A stretch of DNA of 43,904 nt from a virus (Duplodnaviria > Caudoviricetes): positions 1 to 43,904 of IMG/VR virus record IMGVR_UViG_3300032024_000001. The stretch is one strand, 5' to 3'. The notes beneath the pieces were generated by a model. It was not told where the DNA came from and did not search any database. It saw only the letters and a program-made list of their open reading frames with translations. Positions 1-7,854 of the stretch are shown here, piece after piece (positions within the stretch are counted from its first letter, which is position 1; every line of letters starts with the position of its first letter). Position numbers and translations under genes: made by a program.

Positions 1-462
1 AGCAGCGTTGGTAGCACTTGTTGCCGCAGCACTAGCACTTGTAGCTGCATTAGAAGCTGACGTACTAGCAGCTGAAGCTGAAGTACTTGCATTAGAAGCT
101 TGGGTAGTAGCGGTAGAAGCACCAGTAGTAGCAGTAGATGCACTACCTGATGCAGAAGAAGCACTGTTAGCAGCAGCAGTAGCACTAGCTGCAGCAGCGG
201 CAGAAGAAGCTTGAGAGGCTGTAATCTGAGCTGTCAGGTCAATACCATCAACAGTAATAGTCTCTGTAGATATACCATCCACATTGGTAATACTATTGTT
301 ATTCATATCTATAGATACTTCCATCTGGTTAGCTTCACCAGTAGGATTATCTCGATATAAGACCTTATTGTTAAACTCTTGCTCTATACTATCAAAGGCA
401 GAGTTGAGTTGTGTTATTGAAGCATAGCCTGATGCTATGGTAGGTAGGGTAATCTTTGCCAT
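1..462 (-). CDS. Tail fibre protein, N-terminal part (continues across the window end into 43904..43272; ~364 aa total)
   Basis: ATG at 462 directly after the TAA of the HNH gene; MAKITLPTIASGYASITQLNSAF...RDNPTGEANQM then an Ala/Ser/Thr-rich repeat; 154 codons to position 1, in frame with 43904..43272. Confidence 0.85.
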   Translation of the reverse strand, partial: MAKITLPTIASGYASITQLNSAFDSIEQEFNNKVLYRDNPTGEANQMEVSIDMNNNSITNVDGISTETITVDGIDLTAQITASQASSAAAAASATAAANSASSASGSASTATTGASTATTQASNASTSASAASTSASNAATSASAAATSATNAA

Positions 463-732
463 TTAGCTAGCTCTCTTTTTTCTATTAGCTTCTTTTGTTA
501 GATTAGTCTTAGCAGACACAACTCTAAGGTTAGATCTAGAATTAGATCCACCAGAAGTAAGAGGTACCTTGTGATCTGCTTGTCTAGAGTCACCTACCTT
601 AAGTCCTACTTTCTTACGAGCTGCATTTCTTTTTGCTCTATCTTCTACTCTTTTAGAACCACCATTAGCATTCTTGTGTTCCCAAGCGAGTTCTTTCTTG
701 TAATCTCTCTTACCATTAGTCATAAACGGCAT
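463..732 (-). CDS. Small HNH endonuclease, possibly packaging-associated
   Basis: DHKVPLTSGGSNSRSNLRVV...N HNH motif; adjacent to the small terminase. Confidence 0.75.
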   Translation of the reverse strand: MPFMTNGKRDYKKELAWEHKNANGGSKRVEDRAKRNAARKKVGLKVGDSRQADHKVPLTSGGSNSRSNLRVVSAKTNLTKEANRKKRAS

Positions 733-734
733 AG

Positions 735-1301
735 CTACTGACCTCCATTCACTACACTTAAACCAAGTCTCTTCATGTCTTCTTCTAGTTCTTTAGAAGC
801 ACCTGCTTGAACTCTTAACTCTCTTTCTACTTCCTCAGAAGAAGGTCTACCTCTTTTAGTAAGAGTAGAGTATCCTTTATCAGCAAGATACTTAGCAGCG
901 TTAAAACCTTTAGAGTCATCTAATCTAGCTGTAGCAATAAGAGCCTTTAGAGCATTAGCTTTGATCCTAATGTCCAACTCTTCTCTCCAAGCTTTGATTT
1001 CTTTCTTGATCATAGGGACTGTGTCATTAGCAAGACGTTGCCAATGATCCCAAGAGTTAAACACATCTAGAGCAAACTCATACTCAAACTCAGGGATGTG
1101 ATCATACGAAAGGTAAATCTTCTTAAGAGAAGGATATAAGATACCCTCCTTCTCAAGGTCATAATCCTTAAGAGTAAAGAAGCAAGGGTACTTCTCCTCA
1201 TCTTCTCTAAATCTCAATTCCCAAAAGAGACTCTGAGTACGATAACGACCCAAATCATCTTTTAGTTCATTGTAAGAGTACTTTTTAACATTATTTGTCA
1301 T
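735..1301 (-). CDS. terS: Putative terminase small subunit
   Basis: First late-arm gene next to the putative terminus; resembles TerS of related podoviruses (YPSLKKIYL, EYEFA...W.HW, AAKYLA, KRGRPS). Confidence 0.65.
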   Translation of the reverse strand: MTNNVKKYSYNELKDDLGRYRTQSLFWELRFREDEEKYPCFFTLKDYDLEKEGILYPSLKKIYLSYDHIPEFEYEFALDVFNSWDHWQRLANDTVPMIKKEIKAWREELDIRIKANALKALIATARLDDSKGFNAAKYLADKGYSTLTKRGRPSSEEVERELRVQAGASKELEEDMKRLGLSVVNGGQ

Positions 1302-1309
1302 ATAAGAGT

Positions 1310-1338
1310 ATTATATCACAAGTAATTAGAAAAGTCAA
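1310..1338 (-). promoter_or_regulatory. sigma70-type promoter for terS (leaderless or nearly so)
   Basis: TTGACT-17 bp-TATAAT with extended -10 TG; ATG 8 nt after the -10; no SD. Confidence 0.8.
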
Positions 1339-1500
1339 GAGATATTTACAGGTAAAGAGGGATATTTATATCTTTAATAGGAAAGATAGACTTGTGGCCG
1401 ATACATCATACATTTGATATAATGTTAAGAGATTAGAGTTTAGTGGGACTTTGTGTGTCATCTATGTCTCTTGTCGCTAAATGCTTTACATCATAAGAAT

Positions 1501-1529
1501 ATTATATCATACTTTAAAGTAAAAGTCAA
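1501..1529 (-). promoter_or_regulatory. sigma70-type leftward promoter
   Basis: TTGACT-17 bp-TATAAT with extended -10; followed after 6 nt by ATG ATG TAA. Confidence 0.75.
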
Positions 1530-1539
1530 TAGATAATCG

Positions 1540-1625
1540 CCTGAGATTCCATAATTTTTATTAGATTTTTTTAAGTTGCAGTGCAATATATGAAGTGCAT
1601 GAGTGATCCCCCCTCTATCCCCTTA
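1540..1625. other. Probable genome terminus / packaging-end region
   Basis: Non-coding gap between the divergent arms next to terS; T-tracts followed by C-runs; inferred from architecture only. Confidence 0.35.
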
Positions 1626-1717
1626 AGTAATACGTGGTTGTAGCTATGTTGTTAAGCTATTAAGCGGTGTAGTTGCTTGATTGTTAATGTTGTTGCATTA
1701 ACTTAACACGCTGTTGA

Positions 1718-1831
1718 CCACATCATCTTGTAGATCTAAGTCATTGACTTTAATAAGTATATGTTGTTGACTACTACATGTAGTGTAGTTAGTTTTAATA
1801 TACACTCTATCTTGTATGTTATATCTTGATG
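1718..1831. promoter_or_regulatory. Cluster of NrdR-box-like palindromes with an IHF-like site
   Basis: Cores CATCATCTTG (1721), GTATATGTTG (1757), CTACATGTAG (1774), CTCTATCTTG (1805), TTATATCTTG (1819) vs consensus CwAtATaTwG; 1774 and 1805 are 31 bp apart; TAAGTCATTGACT at 1737 has one mismatch to the IHF consensus. Confidence 0.55.
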
Positions 1832-1844
1832 AAAGGATTATCTT

Positions 1845-2030
1845 ATGGTTAACTTTGTTCTTCTTCTTATCTTCTTGTTTGTCTTTCTTCTATCTCTTCT
1901 TGTGATTGAGTTATGTGTGCTGTATCTAGGACGCAGACACTATCATCGTAACAAACACGATGATGTGCTTCTATCACTCGGCTATGCCTCGTTGCGAAGT
2001 AGCTGCGGCTATCTGCTGAAGAAGTATTAG
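1845..2030 (+). CDS. Possible small membrane protein
   Basis: AAGGA SD, ATG, ~25 hydrophobic residues then a basic patch; low-complexity CT-rich DNA so it may be spurious. Confidence 0.3.
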   Translation: MVNFVLLLIFLFVFLLSLLVIELCVLYLGRRHYHRNKHDDVLLSLGYASLRSSCGYLLKKY

Positions 2031-2068
2031 TAGTAGATTAACCATTGCTTTAGTCTACAAAGAGGTGT

Positions 2069-2121
2069 TGTGGATAAGTTGTGGATAGATTGTGGATAAC
2101 TTGTAATTAGGTTGTGGATTA
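2069..2121. repeat. Array of DnaA boxes at an 11-bp period
   Basis: TGTGGATAA 2069, TGTGGATAG 2080, TGTGGATAA 2091, degenerate TGTAATTAG 2102, TGTGGATTA 2113 (reverse complement of TTATCCACA). Confidence 0.8.
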
Positions 2122-2125
2122 TATA

Positions 2126-2177
2126 TTACAAATTATTACAATTCATTTACAATTTAGTAACAACTTCATTGTATAAT
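2126..2177 (+). promoter_or_regulatory. Early promoter: -10 TATAAT preceded by four phased T(T/A)ACAA repeats
   Basis: Repeats at 2126, 2136, 2147, 2158; TATAAT 2172-2177; no consensus -35 at 17 bp. Confidence 0.5.
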
Positions 2178-2184
2178 ACCTTTA

Positions 2185-2212
2185 AGCAAGCAAGCGAGAG
2201 CAAGCAAGCGAG
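2185..2212 (+). repeat. Perfect 14-bp tandem repeat in the leader of the first early gene
   Basis: AGCAAGCAAGCGAG x2. Confidence 0.85.
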
Positions 2213-2256
2213 TATCAAAACTTTATCATTATTTATTAAACTAAAAGGAAATAATC

Positions 2257-2988
2257 ATGCAAACAGCTAATAAACAACCATTAAATTTTGAAACAATCAT
2301 CACAGGCGAACAAGGTCACACCTTGCGCCATCTAGGTGCTAGGAACTTGCTTTGGCACTTAGGCGGTGCTATTGCCCGCCACCCAGTAACCAATGGCTAC
2401 GGCTTGACTAAACAAGAGATTGAGCAAGGCGGAGAAATAGCCTTCGCACCTGATGACATGCCTAAACCACAGCACGCAGACTTAGGCACATTGGTGGACG
2501 GCTTTAACTACCTAACCCAAACCCTTGAAGAGATAGCAGAGTTTGAGGACTATGATACACGCACTGGTGCACCTACTCAGCCATTCGCATGGTATCAAAT
2601 CCCATCACTTGAGACTTATGTGCGGAACTTCCAAACCTACAAGCAAGGCAGAGTAAACACAACACGCCAAGACCAAGCTAAGGCACTAGGCATCAAGACC
2701 AACATGCCAGTAAAAGACATGACATCAGAGATTGATGAACTTGTAGCTAACGCCATGGCTGAGATTAGCGGTGTTTCAGACTTCGGCACATTTGAGGACT
2801 TACAAACAGCGATTGCTGAGTTAAAGATTGACCCTCTTTACATCATTCACCAATCAGCCGTTGGTATGCTAGACCGAGCAAAGGCTAGTTTAATGGCGGG
2901 CAAGGCTGGTTATATAGACCCCGAAATTCTAGCCTTTGCACGATGGACTTGCCGACCACAGCAAGGCGCACAAGCCCCACAAGACTAA
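2257..2988 (+). CDS. Hypothetical protein, first early gene
   Basis: 243 aa ORF, SD AAGGA, own terminator; no family recognised. Confidence 0.85.
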   Translation: MQTANKQPLNFETIITGEQGHTLRHLGARNLLWHLGGAIARHPVTNGYGLTKQEIEQGGEIAFAPDDMPKPQHADLGTLVDGFNYLTQTLEEIAEFEDYDTRTGAPTQPFAWYQIPSLETYVRNFQTYKQGRVNTTRQDQAKALGIKTNMPVKDMTSEIDELVANAMAEISGVSDFGTFEDLQTAIAELKIDPLYIIHQSAVGMLDRAKASLMAGKAGYIDPEILAFARWTCRPQQGAQAPQD

Positions 2989-3010
2989 CGCACCCAGTCG
3001 GTCATCAATT

Positions 3011-3036
3011 AAGCCCCTAGAAATAGGGGTTTTTTT
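3011..3036 (+). terminator. Rho-independent terminator
   Basis: GCCCCTA-GAAA-TAGGGGT stem followed by a T-run. Confidence 0.9.
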
Positions 3037-3405
3037 GTATCATCTGCATATCAAAAAAAAATTTTCTCGTCGCTTCGCTCCTCGATGACGCTCCTTCGTC
3101 GCTAGTTAATGCGTCGACTAGTCGTCGACACTTACGCTATTGAAAAGGTTGTTATATGAATAAGCTTTTGTATATGTGTGTGAGTTCTTTAAAAAGCGTA
3201 GCTTGCGCTAGCAGAGGATCGAAAGCTAGTCGCTTTCATCTTATTAACTGCGCTTATGGTTGTTATTATATTGTAACAAGTTTAAGCTATGTGATAGTGG
3301 GTGGTTGTGTGATAAGAGGTATGAACCTTGGGAAAACCTTAAGGTCGGTCACCCCAATCTAAAGCTAGGCAAAGTAATACCAATCTAATTATAGGAGTTT
3401 AACCT

Positions 3406-3597
3406 ATGGATTTATCTAAATATTCGACTGATACATTAAATGAAATGTATTGTCACTTGTATTTTAAGAAGTTTAATAGACTTCCTAAAAGTAGTAGCAG
3501 TATAGACCGTAAGACCTTGATACAGTTAGTATCGAGTTTATCAAACCTTAGTAAGGAGAAAGTAAATGAGACCGTTTACCCACAGTCAGTTCTATAA
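3406..3597 (+). CDS. Hypothetical protein
   Basis: SD AGGAG, 63 aa, overlaps the next gene. Confidence 0.6.
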   Translation: MDLSKYSTDTLNEMYCHLYFKKFNRLPKSSSSIDRKTLIQLVSSLSNLSKEKVNETVYPQSVL

Positions 3598-5119
3598 AAA
3601 CAACAATGAAATACCCAATCTACATCCAGACTTTAAGATGGTGTTAGAACAAACCCAAGACAGTTATGGAAGAGATTTAACCCTTAAGAAATACTATGTC
3701 AAAGGTAGTGCTTTAAGTATTACAAGAGATATGGCAATTATCAATGAAGATTGGTATCACCTATTCTCAGTTAGTAGCAAAAACTGGATCCGTGATTACA
3801 ATTCTACAATAGCTACTGCAGCTGGGCTAGTCCACATCCGTAATAGTTGGGATGGTGAAGCTGCTACATTAGATGCTATGTATTACAAATCTAACCCAGT
3901 TAAACTATTCTTAAAGAATGGGACGCTTCGTAAAGGTATCTACAAAGAAGTATCTCGTCGTCTAGAATCAGATAGATGGTGTAAGAGTGGGTTCACTCAC
4001 AAACTACTTCAGACTTGTATCGCTGCTCAACCTAATGTAATCGTTAATGATGCTGATGCTCTTGTGTCTTACATGAGTAACTTGTATAATATAGAGTTAT
4101 TCAAGTGTCACTTGACAGGGGCGGTGCTTCCTTACTACATGGGTAGAGCCTATGACTTCTCTTGTGGTATTCGTCAAATAACTGCAAGCCTATCTCCTAT
4201 GGATTATGGCTACACTCGTCACGAACGTGGTCACGGTTATGTATTTTTATTAGATGATGAGTGTATCATTCAAGGTAGAGTATACAAACGTAGTGAAGTT
4301 ACTATATGTGAGTGTCCAGTGTGTCATCATGAGGTTCCAGATTTATCTATCATAGATGGGGCATGTCACAAATGTAACGAGAATCTATACAAGATACACA
4401 ACTATAGCACTAAGGTGCCTGAGCTTCTTAAGTTCAAGGCTAAGAATGTTAAACCTTCTACTGTATATCTAGGTATAGAGTTAGAGTATGAGTCAGATGA
4501 TCGTGATGTATCTAAGATCAAGGTAGGTAAAGCTTTACAGGGTCATGCCATTATGAAGTCAGATGGTTCTATTCGTAATGGCTTTGAGATTGTTACTTGT
4601 CCTGCTACTCTAGAAATTCACTTGGAAGAGTTCAAGAAGTTCTATAGTTCTTATGGTTCTCTTGGTCTATTCCCTGATAAGAACACAGGTATGCATGTCC
4701 ACGTAAGTCGCAAACCTCTTAATGTATTTACTATAGGTAAGATGACTGAGTTCCTTAATCGTAATGACAACAAGTCATTCATTGCACACATTGCTGGTCG
4801 TATAGATAACTCTTATGCTAGGATTACTGGTCGATCTGTTACATTCCCATTCATCAATGGGCAACATGGTGAACGATACAATGCACTTAACTTATCTAAT
4901 CGTGATACTATTGAGTTCCGTATCTTCAGCACACCTAAGAATTGGGAAGAGTTCTCATCTAGACTTGAGTTCTGTCAAGCGTTGACTGACTATTGTCAGC
5001 CAGCTCAAGTTAATGTACCACTCAAACAACTTACTGGGCATCGTAGCTTTATGCGTTGGGTTATGCTCAATCGTAAATCATACCCTGAATTATCTAACTG
5101 CTTGAAAGGATTCGCATAA
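3566..5119 (+). CDS. Putative amidoligase (COOH-NH2 ligase type 2) with N-terminal extension and Zn-ribbon
   Basis: GIELE, DGSIRNGFEIVT, GMHVHVS, RYNALN, TIEFRIF motifs; CPVC...CHKC. Confidence 0.85.
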   Translation: MRPFTHSQFYKNNNEIPNLHPDFKMVLEQTQDSYGRDLTLKKYYVKGSALSITRDMAIINEDWYHLFSVSSKNWIRDYNSTIATAAGLVHIRNSWDGEAATLDAMYYKSNPVKLFLKNGTLRKGIYKEVSRRLESDRWCKSGFTHKLLQTCIAAQPNVIVNDADALVSYMSNLYNIELFKCHLTGAVLPYYMGRAYDFSCGIRQITASLSPMDYGYTRHERGHGYVFLLDDECIIQGRVYKRSEVTICECPVCHHEVPDLSIIDGACHKCNENLYKIHNYSTKVPELLKFKAKNVKPSTVYLGIELEYESDDRDVSKIKVGKALQGHAIMKSDGSIRNGFEIVTCPATLEIHLEEFKKFYSSYGSLGLFPDKNTGMHVHVSRKPLNVFTIGKMTEFLNRNDNKSFIAHIAGRIDNSYARITGRSVTFPFINGQHGERYNALNLSNRDTIEFRIFSTPKNWEEFSSRLEFCQALTDYCQPAQVNVPLKQLTGHRSFMRWVMLNRKSYPELSNCLKGFA

Positions 5120-6033
5120 TGTGTATTGCTATTTATAAACCAGAAGGTGTATTGATTGACAAGGCTACACTAGCTCAATGTTATTCTGCTAACTCTGATG
5201 GTGCTGGTTACATGTTCCATAAGAATGATAAACTGTATGTCAAGAAAGGTTTCTTCTCTTTCGAAGACTTCTGGAAATCGTATCGTCGTGACAAGTCTAA
5301 GGAAACTGTTATTCATTTCCGTATCAAGACTCACGGTCTAATCAATGAGGCTAACTGTCATCCTTACAAGATCAATGATAACTTTGCATTCGTGCACAAT
5401 GGTATGATCTCAGGGTATACTGATCCAGCTAAATCTGACACTTGGTTATTCAATGAGGATATCTTGCAACCATTCGTTGACAAGTGGGGCAACTTAGGTC
5501 TATTCCAAGATCCTATACAAAAACTTATCGAAGCTCGTATTGGTTACAGTAAGCTTATCTTTATGGATAACACAGGTAACACTAAGATCTTTAATGAGGA
5601 CAAGGGTGTGTGGGATAATGATGTATGGTATTCTAATTCTAGTTACAAGAAACCTGCACCCTATGTAGCACCTCCACCTTTACCTTACTATCCAACTCGT
5701 CAAGCTTCTTTCCTTCCTCAGAATCGTTACTACGATAACAGGCAGACTTGGGCTTACAAGAAGGAGAACATAGCACTAGGTGAGTTAGTGACTCTGCTTA
5801 GTGGTCAGTATGACTCTGGCACTAAGCAATACTTTAAGCGAGATTCTGTATGGGAAATCGTTGCAGTTAATCGTGACTACTCAGTAGACTTAATGGCTGA
5901 CTCAGCTGATGAGAATAATGATGTGCCTAACTTCCTCTACAACATCAAGTTCATAGACATTGAGTTGTTAGAGGATGACTATGAGGCACCAGTAGAAGAG
6001 AGTAATGTTATTTATCCGTATGGAGGGATCTAA
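5119..6033 (+). CDS. Class II glutamine amidotransferase (Ntn hydrolase)
   Basis: N-terminal MC, NSDGAG, HFRIKTHG, NCHPY, HNG, SDT motifs. Confidence 0.9.
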   Translation: MCIAIYKPEGVLIDKATLAQCYSANSDGAGYMFHKNDKLYVKKGFFSFEDFWKSYRRDKSKETVIHFRIKTHGLINEANCHPYKINDNFAFVHNGMISGYTDPAKSDTWLFNEDILQPFVDKWGNLGLFQDPIQKLIEARIGYSKLIFMDNTGNTKIFNEDKGVWDNDVWYSNSSYKKPAPYVAPPPLPYYPTRQASFLPQNRYYDNRQTWAYKKENIALGELVTLLSGQYDSGTKQYFKRDSVWEIVAVNRDYSVDLMADSADENNDVPNFLYNIKFIDIELLEDDYEAPVEESNVIYPYGGI

Positions 6034-6035
6034 TC

Positions 6036-6419
6036 ATGAGTTTTATTAAAGGTGATAAAATTGTAGTAACTGAGAACTTTGACTGGGATAGTGCTTCTTT
6101 TCTAGTAGGTATGACAGGCACTGTTCTTAAGGTCCATAATAGAAATGACATAAAAATAGTATCTATTGAATGGGATCATGAGGATAGACAAAACTTCCAC
6201 TCATGTGGTGGACTTTGTCTTTCTTATCGAGGATATAATCTAAATGCAGAGACCTGTAGTCTAGCTCTTGCTTCCGATGAAGCGGACATGGGTAACCCTC
6301 TACCTGATGATCCAAGGTTGCGTGGTATCTGCATTAAGATTAAGCAGATGGAGCATAGGTTTAAACTTAAACAGTTACAAAAACTAAAAGATAAGGAGGA
6401 ATTACCTTATGCCTTTTAA
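6036..6419 (+). CDS. Hypothetical protein, SH3-like N-terminus (paralog A)
   Basis: FIKGDKIVV start; C-terminal LPDDPRLRGICIKIKQMEHRFK shared with the next gene. Confidence 0.75.
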   Translation: MSFIKGDKIVVTENFDWDSASFLVGMTGTVLKVHNRNDIKIVSIEWDHEDRQNFHSCGGLCLSYRGYNLNAETCSLALASDEADMGNPLPDDPRLRGICIKIKQMEHRFKLKQLQKLKDKEELPYAF

Positions 6420-6801
6420 GATAGGTGATCGAGTCAGGGCTAAACCAGATAGAAATTACAAACTAGGAGTAGGAACTCTTATAAGTATTACTTATGATGA
6501 TAGAGTTCCTGAACCTTGGTGCTATATCTCATGGGATAAACCCGTAAATATTGATACTTATCCATATTATATTAATGATACAAGATATACAAATGTCTAT
6601 GGACTCTATGCTTGTAATATAGAACTAGTATCTTCTGTAAATACTGATCCTAATCTACCTGCTGATCCTAGACTACGAGGTATAGCTCTAAAAATTAGAG
6701 ACATGGAAACTAGGTTTAAAGATAGGCATAACACCTATGAGTATCTTAGTAAAGAACGAGTACTATCTGACTTTCAAAGGAGTAAAGTATGTACAGGTTA
6801 A
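6409..6801 (+). CDS. Hypothetical protein, SH3-like N-terminus (paralog B)
   Basis: FKIGDRVRA start; LPADPRLRGIALKIRDMETRFK. Confidence 0.75.
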   Translation: MPFKIGDRVRAKPDRNYKLGVGTLISITYDDRVPEPWCYISWDKPVNIDTYPYYINDTRYTNVYGLYACNIELVSSVNTDPNLPADPRLRGIALKIRDMETRFKDRHNTYEYLSKERVLSDFQRSKVCTG

Positions 6802-7577
6802 AGCTATTCCCATATAAGATGGGGTCTCTCTCAAGTAAAGCTCTAGCTAATGCTCTAGGCATTAAGCGTATCCGCCCTACTTATGAGGCTAAACGACGGG
6901 ACATCATTATTAACTGGGGCAACTCTCGTCCGTCAGAGAGTGTGCCTTATGCTGAGAAGGATCTTAATAAGCACAGTGCTATTGCTATTGCATGCAACAA
7001 GCTTAAGACCTTTGATCTACTGTATGAGAATGAGTATCCGTATCTACCACAATATTGTACCACTAGGTATGAGGCAAGTGACATGCTCTATCACGCTACT
7101 AATGGGGGCGAACGATTAGGTAAGGAATCTATTTATTGTAGAACTTCCTTGACAAGTCACAGCGGAGGTGGTATAGTAATAGCTAAGAACATCCTAGACT
7201 TCGTCGATGCTCCTTTGTATACAGTAGGAACTAGGCATAAGTATGAGTATCGTGTCCATGTATTCAGAGAGTCGGTCATAGACGTTCAACAAAAGAAACG
7301 CAGATCTAATTGGACTGGTGGTGGCACTGGTATACGCAATCACTCTAACGGTTATATCTATGCTCGTGCAGACATAGACTATCCACAAGAGATCAAACAT
7401 GCTGCAATACAGGCAGTTAAGTTACTAGGTCTGGACTTCGGTGCAGTTGACATTGGCTATCGTGAACGAGATAATAAAATATTCTTATTCGAAGTCAATA
7501 CAGCACCTGGACTTACTGGTACTACGTTAGATAAATATGTACAAGCTTTTAAGGAGTATTTAAATGCCTCAACATAA
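6789..7577 (+). CDS. ATP-grasp peptide ligase
   Basis: IINWG, NKLKTF, EYRVHV, LGLDFGAVDI, FEVNTAPG motifs. Confidence 0.9.
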   Translation: MYRLKLFPYKMGSLSSKALANALGIKRIRPTYEAKRRDIIINWGNSRPSESVPYAEKDLNKHSAIAIACNKLKTFDLLYENEYPYLPQYCTTRYEASDMLYHATNGGERLGKESIYCRTSLTSHSGGGIVIAKNILDFVDAPLYTVGTRHKYEYRVHVFRESVIDVQQKKRRSNWTGGGTGIRNHSNGYIYARADIDYPQEIKHAAIQAVKLLGLDFGAVDIGYRERDNKIFLFEVNTAPGLTGTTLDKYVQAFKEYLNAST

Positions 7578-7854
7578 ATGGCACAAAGAGATTAAAGCGT
7601 GGGCTGATGGTGCGGAGATTGAATGTAATTTAAGGTTACCATCGACACAAAAATGGGATGGATGGTTTTTAGATAGTGAACCAAACTGGTGTTCAAATGA
7701 AAACTATAAATTTCGCATTAAACCACAGCCTAAAGAGCCACAGTATTTGTCGGTAGAAATAACAGAAAAAGGATTTACTTTTAATTGTGCGCCATTATTT
7801 GACGCTGGCATTACTGGTAAGTTTGCAATTAAATTGGAGGTTGATGATGTCTAA
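7564..7854 (+). CDS. Hypothetical protein (HKWHKEIKAWA family, copy 1)
   Basis: SD AAGGAG; paralog of 8656..8946. Confidence 0.8.
   Translation: MPQHKWHKEIKAWADGAEIECNLRLPSTQKWDGWFLDSEPNWCSNENYKFRIKPQPKEPQYLSVEITEKGFTFNCAPLFDAGITGKFAIKLEVDDV

Noticed and set aside
8-214. Ala/Val/Glu-rich + strand ORF
   Set aside because: Antisense shadow of the Ala/Ser/Thr repeat of the tail fibre
2069-2212. CRISPR mini-array
   Set aside because: Repeats are 6-14 bp with no spacers and no cas genes
3156-3362. 68-aa ORF
   Set aside because: Weak SD, odd composition, no coupling to neighbours; probably non-coding
6789-7577. ATP-grasp enzyme as maturase for PqqA or the acidic peptide
   Set aside because: PQQ maturation uses host PqqB-E; the genes are 8-12 kb apart and no graspetide core motif was seen
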